This document shows, one piece after another, positions 1 to 8,827 of a DNA stretch of 64,000 nt. The stretch is from positions 3,876,050 to 3,940,049 of the forward strand of contig OZ243965.1 in assembly GCA_965214655.1 (NCBI GenBank). Direction: 5' to 3'. Position 1 is the first letter of the stretch. Every line of letters starts with the position of its first letter. The DNA is from Bryobacterales bacterium. Lineage in GTDB: Bacteria > Acidobacteriota > Terriglobia > Bryobacterales > UBA6623. A program made the translations under genes and the position numbers. The notes beneath the pieces were generated by a model, which saw only the letters and a program-made list of their open reading frames with translations, was not told where the DNA came from and ran no database searches.

Positions 1-1
1 C

Positions 2-967
2 CTGGCCATCTCCGGCACCGGCACGGCGGGCATGGAAACCGCGGTCATGAACTTCGTCGAAGCCGGAACCAGGGTGGCGATGTTCGCCAACGGCTACTTT
101 TCCGACCGCTTGACCGAGATGTGCGAGCGGCAGGGGGCGGAGGTCGCGCGCCTCGAAAAACCTTGGGGCGAAGTCTTCGGCGACGATGAAGCGCGCGCGT
201 TCATCGAGCGCGAAAAGCCGCAGGTCGCCGCGTTCGTCCATGCCGAGACGTCCACCGGAGCCCTGCAGCCGGCGAAAGCGATCTGCGACGCCGCGCACGA
301 GGTCGGCGCGTTGGTGATCGGAGATTGCGTGACCTCGCTGGGCGGCATGCCCGTTGCAATCGACAAGAACGGCATCGACATCGCCTACAGCGGCACGCAG
401 AAATGCCTCAGCGCCCCTCCGGGGCTCTCTCCGCTGACCCTTTCGCCGCGCGCGCTCGAACGGTTGCGCGCGCGCAAGAGCCTTTGCGTGTCGTGGTACC
501 TCGACCTGAAGCTGATCGACGCCTATTGGGGAGAATCCCACCGCTACCACCACACCACGCCGATCAACATGTTCTACGCGCTGCGGGAAGCGCTGCGCCT
601 GTGCAAGCTGGAAACGATGGAGGCTCGCTTCGCGCGCCACCGCCTCAACCACCGCGCTTTCGTCGCGGGCATCGAAGCGCTGGGCATGCATATGCACGTG
701 GCCGCCGAGAATCGCCTGTGGACGCTGAACACCCCCGTCCTGCCCGCGGGCGTCGACGAGGCGGCGCTGCGCAAGCGACTGCTGAACGATTTCGGCATCG
801 AGGTGCTGGGCGGTTTCGGGCCGCTTACGGGCAAGATCCTGCGCATCGGTCTGATGGGCGCCTCGTCGCAGCGTCACTATGTCCTGCTCCTGCTGCAAGC
901 CCTGGAAACCTGCCTCGGTGCGAGCGGCGGCGCCCGCGCGGCCGAAGCCGTGTACGCGGGCGGCTGA
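2..967 (+). CDS. Class V aminotransferase (alanine-glyoxylate / serine-pyruvate aminotransferase-like); 5' end lies outside the window
   Basis: The frame of ORF 32..967 stays open to the window edge (LAISGTGTAGMETAV...). The SGTQKCLSAPPGLSP block, with the PLP lysine in SGTQK, is typical of AGXT/SPT-type enzymes. Confidence 0.8.
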   Translation: MAISGTGTAGMETAVMNFVEAGTRVAMFANGYFSDRLTEMCERQGAEVARLEKPWGEVFGDDEARAFIEREKPQVAAFVHAETSTGALQPAKAICDAAHEVGALVIGDCVTSLGGMPVAIDKNGIDIAYSGTQKCLSAPPGLSPLTLSPRALERLRARKSLCVSWYLDLKLIDAYWGESHRYHHTTPINMFYALREALRLCKLETMEARFARHRLNHRAFVAGIEALGMHMHVAAENRLWTLNTPVLPAGVDEAALRKRLLNDFGIEVLGGFGPLTGKILRIGLMGASSQRHYVLLLLQALETCLGASGGARAAEAVYAGG

Positions 968-1102
968 CGCCGCCCGGTTGCGCCGGCGTTTTTGTTACCA
1001 AGCTCCAGGGCCGTTCGCCTATGTAGTGTGGTCCTGTCTCTGCCTGCAAATGAACCTTCCGAGTCGTCTGCTTTCGGTGCGAACCGCGGTCGGGGCGGGT
1101 CG

Positions 1103-3805
1103 TTGACGCCGCCGGCGTTGCGCCGTCTTGCTATCCGTTATCCGCTATCCGCTATCCACTGGGCGGCGTCAGCCGCGCTTGCCGCGCTGCTCTGCGCTTC
1201 TCCGCTCGGTGCCCAAGGCCAGGAATCGCCGGCCGCGCAATCCGCCAACGGCGACGCGGCCGGCGGCGAATCCGAAGCGGACGCGCCGGCTGCGGTTGCG
1301 GAGGTTTCCGCCGACCGCACCGAGCTCAACCTGCTGGGCGAGGTCGACAGCGAGCGCGGCGAGGGGCGGCGCAACGAAAATCTCGGCCTCACGCTCATCG
1401 ACAACAACGTCCTGCGCGATCTCAACGAGCGGCTGGGAACCACGGCCACGCTCGTGCGTGACTCGAAGATCGAGCAGAGCTACTGGGGAACCGAGCTCGG
1501 CGGCCCCCCGTCGCGCCCGCTGCATCTGCCGCCCGCCCGCGCCGCGGCCGTCCATGGAAACCTGTTTTGGACGCACAACAACAGCGTCTTCAGCGCGCGC
1601 TCGTTCTTTCAGGTCGGCGGGGTTCTGCCGGCGCGGTCGAACGATTACGGCTTCTCGGTCAGCGCGCCGCTCTGGGACGGGGCCGCCTTCACCGTCGACG
1701 GCAGCCAGGGCAAGAATCGCGGTCAGGTCAACGGCAACGTGCTGGTGCCGGCGCTCGACGAACGCACCGCGCTGACCAACGACCCGCGCGTGCGCCCCCT
1801 GGTCGAGCGCATCCTGGCGGCGTTCCCCGCCCAAACGCCCAACCGCACCGATATCAACAAGCGGGCGCTGAATACGAATGCGCCGCAGGATATCAACAAC
1901 AACCGCCTCTCCGGCAAGCTCGATCAAAGCCTCGGCGACAGAGACCGCGTCACCGCCGGCTACAACTTCGTCCGCCAGCGCGTGGACGCCTTTCAGCTTG
2001 TCGGCGGGCAGAACCCGAACACGACGACCCAGAACCACCAGACCCGTCTGACCTGGAACCGCAGTTGGACGCCGGCCACGACGACCGATTTCACCGCCGG
2101 CTTCGACCGCGTAGGCTCGGCGCTGGTTCCCGACGAAACCTCCTTCGGGGCGTGGATCCGCATCGGCGGAGAGCTCACGAGCCTGGGGCCGCCGGGGCGG
2201 TTTCCGGTGGACCGCGCACAGAATCAATTCCGCTACGCCGTCCGCGCCAAGCACGTTCGGGGGAAGCACAATCTGACTTTCGGGTTCGCCCTCAGACGCC
2301 GCCAGGTCAACGGCGCGGAATTTCAAGATCACCGCGGGCTCTTCGTTTTCCGCCGCAACTTCGGCCTGGACGGCGTGACGAGCCTTCGCTACGGAAGGCC
2401 GAGCCGCTATCTCGTCGCCATCGGCAGCATTCATCGCGGCTTTCGCAATTGGCTGACCCAGACGTACGTCGGCGACGACTGGAAAGCGACTCAGAATCTG
2501 ACTCTGAGCGTCGGGCTGCGCTGGGAGCCGGTCACGAGGCCGACCGAGGTGAACGACCTGACCCAAGTCGGTTACAACTCCGATCTCAACAACTTGGCCC
2601 CGCGGTTCGGCCTCGCCTATCGGCTGCCGGGATGGGGAGGCGTCCTGCGCTCGTCCTACGGCGTGCATTACGGCGAGGTTTTCACGGCAACGTACATCCA
2701 GGCTCGCCTGAACCCGCCGCAGAACGTCTCGGTCGATGTCCAGGCGCCGGACTTGGCGGATCCCCTCGGCGGACTGGATGCGAGCGACATCGACCCCAAC
2801 GCCCGTTCCACGCGCTACACGCTCGCCCCCGATCTGGCGACGCCTTACACGCACAACTACAATTTTTCATGGGAATTGGAGCCGGCCCGCGATTGGAAGC
2901 TCGAATTGGGTTACGTCGGCAGCCGCTCGCACAAGCTGCTGGCCATGTGGTATCTCAACCGGGCGCGGCCGGTGGAAGGGACGTCGCAGACGACGCGGAC
3001 GGTGAATCAACGCCGCCCCGACCCCACCGTCTTCGACGTCCGGCACGTGACCAACGGCTCGCGGGGTTACTACGACGCGGCGAAAATCCGGCTGCGCATC
3101 CCCCAATGGGCGGGGTTCGGCATCGAAGCGTCGTACTGGTACAGCAAAGCGATCGATCTCGGCGGGAGCTATCTCAACACCGCGGCGAACGCCAACCGCC
3201 TGCAGACCATGGGCCCGTCCGAGTTTTTGATTCAAGAGGAGTTGCGCGGGCTGAGCAATTTCGATCAGCCGCACGCCATGCTGTGGAACGTCAGCTACCG
3301 CACTCCCGCGTTGGCGGGCCGGGCGCGGCAACTGTTCGGCAACTGGCAGCTCAGCACGGTGCTCCTGGGCAAGTCGGGCACGCCGTTCTCGGTGCTTTCG
3401 GGATCGGACGCGCCGGGTTTCGGCAACGTCGACGGGACGCAGAACGACAATCCGACTCTGCTCGATCCGTCGATTCTGGGCCGCTCGATCGACCATCCGG
3501 ATACGGCGGCCGAGCGGCTGCCCAAGTCGGCGTTCGGCTTCATGCAGCCTACCGAGGCGCGGGGCAACCTGGGACGCAACACGTTCCGCAGGGACGGCAT
3601 CTTCAACATCAACATGGCCCTGTCGAAGCGTTGGACGCTCTCGGGCGATCAGTCGATCCTGTTGCGTGCGGAATCCCTGAACGTCACCAACCACCCCCAG
3701 TTCGCCGAGCCTGGCAACGGCATCGCCTTCGCCAACTTCGCTCAGATCACCAACACGTTGAACGACGGCCGGACGTTCAAGTTCACGCTGCGCTACAGCT
3801 TTTGA
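1103..3805 (+). CDS. TonB-dependent receptor-like outer-membrane beta-barrel protein
   Basis: Long ORF 992..3805. An in-frame TTG at 1103 gives a signal-peptide-like N-terminus (...AALAALLCASPLGAQG). Barrel-like sequence ends ...TFKFTLRYSF with a terminal aromatic residue, as in TBDR/OMPs. The start is uncertain. Confidence 0.7.
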   Translation: MTPPALRRLAIRYPLSAIHWAASAALAALLCASPLGAQGQESPAAQSANGDAAGGESEADAPAAVAEVSADRTELNLLGEVDSERGEGRRNENLGLTLIDNNVLRDLNERLGTTATLVRDSKIEQSYWGTELGGPPSRPLHLPPARAAAVHGNLFWTHNNSVFSARSFFQVGGVLPARSNDYGFSVSAPLWDGAAFTVDGSQGKNRGQVNGNVLVPALDERTALTNDPRVRPLVERILAAFPAQTPNRTDINKRALNTNAPQDINNNRLSGKLDQSLGDRDRVTAGYNFVRQRVDAFQLVGGQNPNTTTQNHQTRLTWNRSWTPATTTDFTAGFDRVGSALVPDETSFGAWIRIGGELTSLGPPGRFPVDRAQNQFRYAVRAKHVRGKHNLTFGFALRRRQVNGAEFQDHRGLFVFRRNFGLDGVTSLRYGRPSRYLVAIGSIHRGFRNWLTQTYVGDDWKATQNLTLSVGLRWEPVTRPTEVNDLTQVGYNSDLNNLAPRFGLAYRLPGWGGVLRSSYGVHYGEVFTATYIQARLNPPQNVSVDVQAPDLADPLGGLDASDIDPNARSTRYTLAPDLATPYTHNYNFSWELEPARDWKLELGYVGSRSHKLLAMWYLNRARPVEGTSQTTRTVNQRRPDPTVFDVRHVTNGSRGYYDAAKIRLRIPQWAGFGIEASYWYSKAIDLGGSYLNTAANANRLQTMGPSEFLIQEELRGLSNFDQPHAMLWNVSYRTPALAGRARQLFGNWQLSTVLLGKSGTPFSVLSGSDAPGFGNVDGTQNDNPTLLDPSILGRSIDHPDTAAERLPKSAFGFMQPTEARGNLGRNTFRRDGIFNINMALSKRWTLSGDQSILLRAESLNVTNHPQFAEPGNGIAFANFAQITNTLNDGRTFKFTLRYSF
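1131..1158 (+). repeat. Four tandem 7-bp units (CTATCCG TTATCCG CTATCCG CTATCCA) inside the predicted signal-peptide region of the receptor gene
   Basis: Read directly from the sequence; it encodes AIRYPLSAIH. Confidence 0.7.
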
Positions 3806-3825
3806 AACGACGGCAGTCCGCGGTT

Positions 3826-3849
3826 CTTGCCGCCCCGCGCAGCGGCAAG
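3826..3849. terminator. Possible bidirectional hairpin between convergent genes (CTTGCCGC-N8-GCGGCAAG)
   Basis: An 8-bp perfect stem lies between the receptor stop (3805) and the ArsC-like stop (3850). There is no clear T-run. Confidence 0.3.
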
Positions 3850-4188
3850 CTAGAGCTCGCCGAGCGCCTCGCTGTCGAATCCCAGCACGATCTTCCGCCC
3901 TGCAACAGCCACCGGCCGCTTGATCAGATTGGGATTTTCGGACATCAGGCGCAGCGCCTCTGCGCGCGGCGGGGGATTTTGTTTCATTCCCATTTCGCGG
4001 TAGAGGGCGTTGCGGGCGTTCAGGAACTGCTTGTAGTCGCGCTCGCCGATCAACGCTTCGAGCGCTGCGACGCTGAGACCCTTGTTGAGATCGATCAACT
4101 CCAGCTCGGCGCCTCGTTCCGCCAGGAAACTCCTGGCCTTGCGGCAACCGGTTCAACCGGGTTTTTGGTAGAAGCGGATTTTGGCCAT
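3850..4188 (-). CDS. ArsC/Spx-family thiol-redox protein with an in-frame UGA (putative selenocysteine) replacing the first Cys of the CxxC motif
   Basis: The minus strand from ATG 4188 reads MAKIRFYQKPG-TGA-TGCRKARSFLAERGAELELIDLNKGLS... and runs in frame into track ORF 3850..4098. The N-terminus aligns by eye with Spx/ArsC YxxPxCxxCRKAxxxL. The C-terminal ...NPNLIKRPV...GF block also fits the family. Confidence 0.65.
4121..4137 (-). promoter_or_regulatory. SECIS-like stem-loop (GCCAGGA-GUU-UCCUGGC), 15 nt downstream of the in-frame UGA at 4153..4155
   Basis: Perfect 7-bp stem with G and U in the apical loop, read directly. Its position is comparable to bacterial SECIS elements. Confidence 0.45.
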
Positions 4189-4323
4189 CCCCCGAGTTTA
4201 CCGCGCCCGCCGCCGCCAATCCCTCAACGGCATGACTCCCCTCCGGCGCATCTGTAATTTCCGGCCTTCAGAACCCCATGGATTCAGACGTGATCCTTCC
4301 CATCTCTTGCCGGAACCGCACGC

Positions 4324-5478
4324 CTAGCTTGCGGGGGCGGCGCCTGTGGATGCGGCGGACAGCCGGGACAGACGAAAGCGCCGGATGTTCCAACTTGACG
4401 GCCGGTCCAGACAGAACTCGGCTACGATCTTGCCGATCACGCTGCAAAATTTGAAGCCGTGGCCCGAGAAACCGGTCGCCACGAATACGTCCGCCTCTCC
4501 GGGGCAGCGGTCGAGAATGAAATGTTCGTCGGGGCTGTTGGTAAACAGGCATGCCCGGAGTTTGCGGGCCGGTCCGTTGGCGGCCGGAAAATACTCTGCG
4601 ACGGCTTCGCGCAGAACCGCCTCGTCCGCGGCGCCGCATTCGCGGTCCATTCGGTCCGGATCGTCCACGTACTGCCGCAAGTGGTGGCATTTGCCGATCT
4701 TGAAGCCTTCTCCCCGATGGTCGGGGAAGCCGTAGAAGCGCCCGGACGGCGCTTCCAGAACGAAGACCGGGAATCTTGCGGGCGCGAAGAGCGCGGGCTC
4801 CGTCGGAACGGTCCACAGCATGACCTGTCTCTCCGGCCGGCACATGTCGCGCAGCGGCGGGCACAGCTTGTCGGTCCAGGCCCCAGCGGTAATCGCCAGG
4901 CGCGCGGCGCTGTAGCTCCCTGCGTCGGTCTCGACGCGCAGGCCGCCGGCGTCTCGGCGCCAACTCCGCACGCGTTCTCCGGCGTGGATCTCGGCGCCCC
5001 GGGCGCGGGCGGCCTCGGCATAAGCCGCGATGGCCAGTTCGGAAAGCAGATACCCGCTTTGGGCCTGATAGACGGCGCGCGCGGAGGCCGGCAGGCGGTA
5101 GCCGGGAAACCTGCGGTTGACTGCGTTGCCGTCGAGTTCCTCGAACTCCAACCCGTGGGCCAGACACGATCTCCGGGAGCCTTCGACCGTCCAACTGTTT
5201 TCGGGGCCGACGTCGAGTCCGCCGGTGAGGCGCAGGATGGATTTTCCGGAGACCGCCTCCAGTTCCCGCCAGTAGGCATAAGCGGAGCGCAGCAGCGGGA
5301 CGTACTCGGGGCCCTCGGCATACCCCAGGCGGATGATGCGGGTCGAGCCGTGCGACGAGCCGTAGCCATGCGGGATGTCGAATTGCTCGATGCCCAGCGT
5401 CTTGAGGCCGCTGCAAGCAAGGTGAAACACGGCGGCGCTGCCCATGCCGCCCACGCCGATGACAATTGCGTCGTACAT
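4324..5478 (-). CDS. solA: FAD-dependent N-methyl-L-tryptophan / monomeric sarcosine oxidase family protein
   Basis: N-terminal dinucleotide-binding motif MYDAIVIGVGGMGSA, followed by the GYGSSHGSTRIIR block typical of SolA/MSOX. Confidence 0.8.
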   Translation of the reverse strand: MYDAIVIGVGGMGSAAVFHLACSGLKTLGIEQFDIPHGYGSSHGSTRIIRLGYAEGPEYVPLLRSAYAYWRELEAVSGKSILRLTGGLDVGPENSWTVEGSRRSCLAHGLEFEELDGNAVNRRFPGYRLPASARAVYQAQSGYLLSELAIAAYAEAARARGAEIHAGERVRSWRRDAGGLRVETDAGSYSAARLAITAGAWTDKLCPPLRDMCRPERQVMLWTVPTEPALFAPARFPVFVLEAPSGRFYGFPDHRGEGFKIGKCHHLRQYVDDPDRMDRECGAADEAVLREAVAEYFPAANGPARKLRACLFTNSPDEHFILDRCPGEADVFVATGFSGHGFKFCSVIGKIVAEFCLDRPSSWNIRRFRLSRLSAASTGAAPAS

Positions 5479-5486
5479 GGCCGGGT

Positions 5487-5801
5487 TCAGAAGCGGGCGC
5501 TGGAGGCGGCCATGACGGGAATCTTCAAGATCCGCTCCCGGTTCAGCGCTCCCGAGAACGCCGGCATCCCGTTGCCGCCTTGCAGCGCCTTGTCGGCGAA
5601 CCGGCTGGAATCGAGGCGGGTCGGGAAGAGACGCGGGCCGCCGCCCCCGCCTGGTTTATGGCGGGCGATGCGGCGCGCGCGGTGCATGCCCGCCGCATTC
5701 TCGAGTTCCGCGAGAGTTATGGGTCGGGCCGGGACGGGCGGCGCCGAAACCGCCTGCGCGGCAAGCAGTGCGCCGAGCGCTGCAATGGAGCGCGACAACA
5801 T
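5487..5801 (-). CDS. Small secreted cytochrome-c-like protein whose heme-attachment motif reads RIARH instead of CxxCH
   Basis: Signal peptide MLSRSIAALGALLAAQA. The layout RIARHKPGGGGGPRL...GGNGMPAFSGALNRERILKI mimics class I cytochrome c (CxxCH...GP.L...MPAF). Both Cys positions are CGC codons. Confidence 0.45.
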   Translation of the reverse strand: MLSRSIAALGALLAAQAVSAPPVPARPITLAELENAAGMHRARRIARHKPGGGGGPRLFPTRLDSSRFADKALQGGNGMPAFSGALNRERILKIPVMAASSARF

Positions 5802-5867
5802 CTTCTTCCGCCGTCTCCCGTCCACTCCATTCTAGCAAATTTGACGCCCGCCTTACGCTTGCGTCTT

Positions 5868-5925
5868 TTCCAATACAAGATGAGCCTGAAGGGAGGGGTG
5901 ATTCCAATACAAGATGAGCCTGAAG
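5868..5925 (+). repeat. Two identical direct copies of the 24-bp IS terminal motif (5868..5891 and 5902..5925)
   Basis: Read directly from the sequence. Confidence 0.85.
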
Positions 5926-5967
5926 GAGCGGGAGGTATTGGGCTAGTGGTGGGGCAAGCTGCGGGCG

Positions 5968-7212
5968 ATGGGAGTCGCTATGCAGCAAGCGGAAGAGTTG
6001 AGTCTCGAACAGATCGAGGCCTTCCTGGGGGGGACGGAGAACGTCGCCTTTCGAGCGGAGGGCCGCAGTGCGCGCTATGAGTTGTTCGCGGCCGTGTTGA
6101 GCCGGCATCACTATGCCCAGTTGGGTCGTAGGCAGAAGGGTCTGCTGCGGCGTTTTCTGCAGAAGTTGAGCGGGCTAAGCCGGGCGCAGACGACGCGGCT
6201 GATCGGGCAGTTTCTGCGCGAGCGCACGGTGCGTCCGACGGTCTACCGCAGGCGGCGTTTCCCCACGTTCTACACGCGGGCGGACATCGTGCTGTTGGCG
6301 CGCGTGGACGAGGCGCACCGGCAGTTATCCGGGCCGGCCACATGCGCCATCCTGCGCCGCGAGCACCAACTCCACGGGCGGAGCGAGTTCCAGCGCTTGG
6401 CGCGGCTCTCGCCGGCGCACCTGTACAACCTGCGCCGCAGCCCAACCTACCGCCGGCAGCGGCGGCCAATAGAGCAGACCCGACCGACACCGATAGCCAT
6501 CGGCGAGCGCCGCCAACCGCAGCCTGAAGGGCGTCCGGGCTATCTGCGCGTGGACACCGTGCATTCCCCCGAACAAGAGGGCGTCAAGGGCGCCTACGCC
6601 CTCAACCTGGTCGACGCAGTCACGCAATGGCAAGTACTTGGCTGCGTCGAGCGGATCAGTGAACAGTACTTGGCGCCGCTGCTCGCAGAGTTGCTGGAAC
6701 AGTTCCCCTTCCCTGTGCGCGGCTTCCATTCCGACAACGGCAGCGAGTTCATCAACCACACCACGGCGCGGCTGCTGGAGAAGCTGCACATCGAGTTCAC
6801 CAAGTCGCGGGCGCGGCGCAGCAACGACAACGCCCTGGTGGAAACCAAGAACGGCGCGGTAGTGCGCAAATGGTTGGGCTACCGTTTCCTGCCTTCGGCG
6901 GCCACAGCCCACATCCATGCCTTCTACCGCGACTGGCTCAACCCCTATCTCAACTTCCACCGACCCTGCGCTTATCCCTCCTGGCAGCCTGATCGTCGCG
7001 GCAAGCTGCGCAAGGTCTACCGCCGCTGGCGCACGCCTTACGAGGCGCTGCTCGCCCTGCCCGCCACGCAGCGCGCCTTACGCCCCTCTCTGCACTGGGA
7101 ACAGTTGCAGGCACAAGCCACGGCGCACTCTGCCACCGCCTTCGCCGAGCAACTCCACAGCCGCCTGCTCGACCTCCAGCGCACCTGCCAAGACCTCGCC
7201 CTACCCTGGTGA
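5968..7212 (+). CDS. DDE transposase with integrase-core (rve) domain
   Basis: 414 aa. The N-terminal HTH-like region is followed by RVDTVH ... GFHSDNGSEF ... SNDNALVETKNG (a D, D, E pattern). It is homologous to ORF 44437..45684. Confidence 0.85.
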   Translation: MGVAMQQAEELSLEQIEAFLGGTENVAFRAEGRSARYELFAAVLSRHHYAQLGRRQKGLLRRFLQKLSGLSRAQTTRLIGQFLRERTVRPTVYRRRRFPTFYTRADIVLLARVDEAHRQLSGPATCAILRREHQLHGRSEFQRLARLSPAHLYNLRRSPTYRRQRRPIEQTRPTPIAIGERRQPQPEGRPGYLRVDTVHSPEQEGVKGAYALNLVDAVTQWQVLGCVERISEQYLAPLLAELLEQFPFPVRGFHSDNGSEFINHTTARLLEKLHIEFTKSRARRSNDNALVETKNGAVVRKWLGYRFLPSAATAHIHAFYRDWLNPYLNFHRPCAYPSWQPDRRGKLRKVYRRWRTPYEALLALPATQRALRPSLHWEQLQAQATAHSATAFAEQLHSRLLDLQRTCQDLALPW

Positions 7213-7325
7213 GCGCACACTGCTCGCGCCCCCTCGCGGCGGCGTTGGCCGGGGCGGCCCCCCCGGCCAACGCCCCTCTCTTGCCCTCTGCTACACTCCC
7301 TTTACCCGCAGCTCCCACAGCCCCG

Positions 7326-7350
7326 CTTCAGGCTCATCTTTCGATTGGAA
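7326..7350 (+). repeat. Right terminal inverted repeat of IS copy 1 (CTTCAGGCTCATCTTTCGATTGGAA)
   Basis: Reverse complement of the left-end motif, with a small indel. Confidence 0.8.
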
Positions 7351-7437
7351 TAGAGGCCGGAGCCGCGGCGCTCGAAGTCGGATCGCGCAAGCCGGTTGCC
7401 TGCCGTTTGTGGTAGTGTCTGCTTGGGGAGCTTCACT

Positions 7438-8793
7438 ATGGCAAGCAATGGAATCGACCGTCGCCGCTTCGTGCGGACCGCCGCCGCCGGCATGACCCTG
7501 ATGGGCGCGCGGGCCGCCGCCCGGCCCCGCCGGGTCGGCCTCGTCGGGAGCGGCTGGTACGGCAAAAACGATTTGTTCCGTCTGGTCCAAGTCGAAGACG
7601 TCGAGATCGCCGCGCTTTGCGATCCCGACAAGAAGAGCCTGGCCGCGGACGCCAGGACGGCCTCCGCCCGCCACAAGTCCGGGAAGACTCCGCGCACTTA
7701 CGGGGACTTCCGCGAGATGCTCGAGCAGGAAGAGCTCGATATCGTCGAGGTCGCCACGCCGGACCACTGGCACTGTCTGCCCGCCATCGCAGCCATGCAG
7801 GCCGGGGCGGACGTCTACGTTCAAAAACCGATTTCCGTCGATGTGATCGAGGGGCAGGCGATGACGTCCGCGGCCCGCAAGTACGGCAGGGTCGTGCAGG
7901 TCGGCACGCAGCGGCGTTCGGCGCCGCATCTGATCGAGGCCCGCAAGCGCATCCAGGACGGAATGCTGGGCAAGATCTCGCACGCCGAGGTTTGCTGCTA
8001 CGTGTACAGAGGGAAACGCGGCAATCCGCCCGACATCGATCCGCCGCCGCACCTGGACTACGAGACGTGGACCGGCCCGGCGCCGATGCGGCCTTTCTGT
8101 CAGTGGACCCACCCCCGCCGCTGGCGCTACTTCATGGAGTACGGCAACGGCGTCATCGGCGACATGTGCATTCACATGATCGATCTGGTGCGCTGGACTC
8201 TCGATCTCGGCTGGCCGCGGGAAATTTATTCGACCGGCGGCATCTTCGTGGACAAAGACAGCAAGGCCAACACCCCGGACACGCAGACAGCGACGTTCTC
8301 GTTCCCCGATCTCAACGTCGTCTGGACGCACCGCAACTGGGGGCCTCCGGTCGATCCGGACTATCCCTGGGCCTATTTCATCTACGGCGAGAAAGGCGTG
8401 TTCAAGGGTTCGACCAGGAAGTGGGAGTTCATCCCGGTGGACAAGAACGCCAAGCGAATTCGCGTGGATGCCGTGACCGAGCGGGAAAAGTACGCGGCGG
8501 ACAAGATCGACAACGTGGAATCCCGGTTGGGCTGGCACGAGTTCCCCGTCCTGCGCGATCACATGAGGAACTTCCTGGAGGCCATCGACAACCGCAGCAA
8601 GCCGGTCGCCGACATCGAGCAAGGGCACATTTCGACGGCGTGCTGCCTGTTGGCCAATCTTTCGCTCGATTTGGGGCGGTCGCTGCGCTGGGATCCGGTC
8701 AAGCACGAGGTAATCGGCGACAAGAAGGCGACGCGGATGTTGGCCAGGCCGTACCGCGCGCCCTGGAAGCATCCCGACCCGAAGACGGTGTAG
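7438..8793 (+). CDS. Gfo/Idh/MocA-family oxidoreductase with twin-arginine signal
   Basis: ATG at 7438 gives MASNGIDRRRFVRTAAAGMTLMGARAAA (TAT motif), then the Rossmann block VGLVGSGWYG. Track ORF 7396..8793 is in the same frame. Confidence 0.8.
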   Translation: MASNGIDRRRFVRTAAAGMTLMGARAAARPRRVGLVGSGWYGKNDLFRLVQVEDVEIAALCDPDKKSLAADARTASARHKSGKTPRTYGDFREMLEQEELDIVEVATPDHWHCLPAIAAMQAGADVYVQKPISVDVIEGQAMTSAARKYGRVVQVGTQRRSAPHLIEARKRIQDGMLGKISHAEVCCYVYRGKRGNPPDIDPPPHLDYETWTGPAPMRPFCQWTHPRRWRYFMEYGNGVIGDMCIHMIDLVRWTLDLGWPREIYSTGGIFVDKDSKANTPDTQTATFSFPDLNVVWTHRNWGPPVDPDYPWAYFIYGEKGVFKGSTRKWEFIPVDKNAKRIRVDAVTEREKYAADKIDNVESRLGWHEFPVLRDHMRNFLEAIDNRSKPVADIEQGHISTACCLLANLSLDLGRSLRWDPVKHEVIGDKKATRMLARPYRAPWKHPDPKTV

Positions 8794-8827
8794 CGCCGGC
8801 GCGCCCTGCGGGTATAATCGGAACGTC

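Larger units (their letters stand above)
5868..7350 (+). mobile_element. Insertion sequence copy 1 (integrase-core/rve DDE transposase type), bounded by TTCCAAT...ATTGGAA inverted ends
   Basis: A 24-bp motif TTCCAATACAAGATGAGCCTGAAG occurs twice at the left end. Its inverted copy lies at 7326..7350, and a transposase ORF sits between them. Confidence 0.8.

Noticed and set aside
1169-4219. Very long minus-strand ORFs (1169..2854, 561 aa; 2867..4219, 450 aa) opposite the TonB-dependent receptor gene.
   Set aside because: Arg/Ala/Gly/Pro-rich translations with no recognisable motifs. They are typical antisense open frames in GC-rich DNA, whereas the plus-strand product has clear OMP features.
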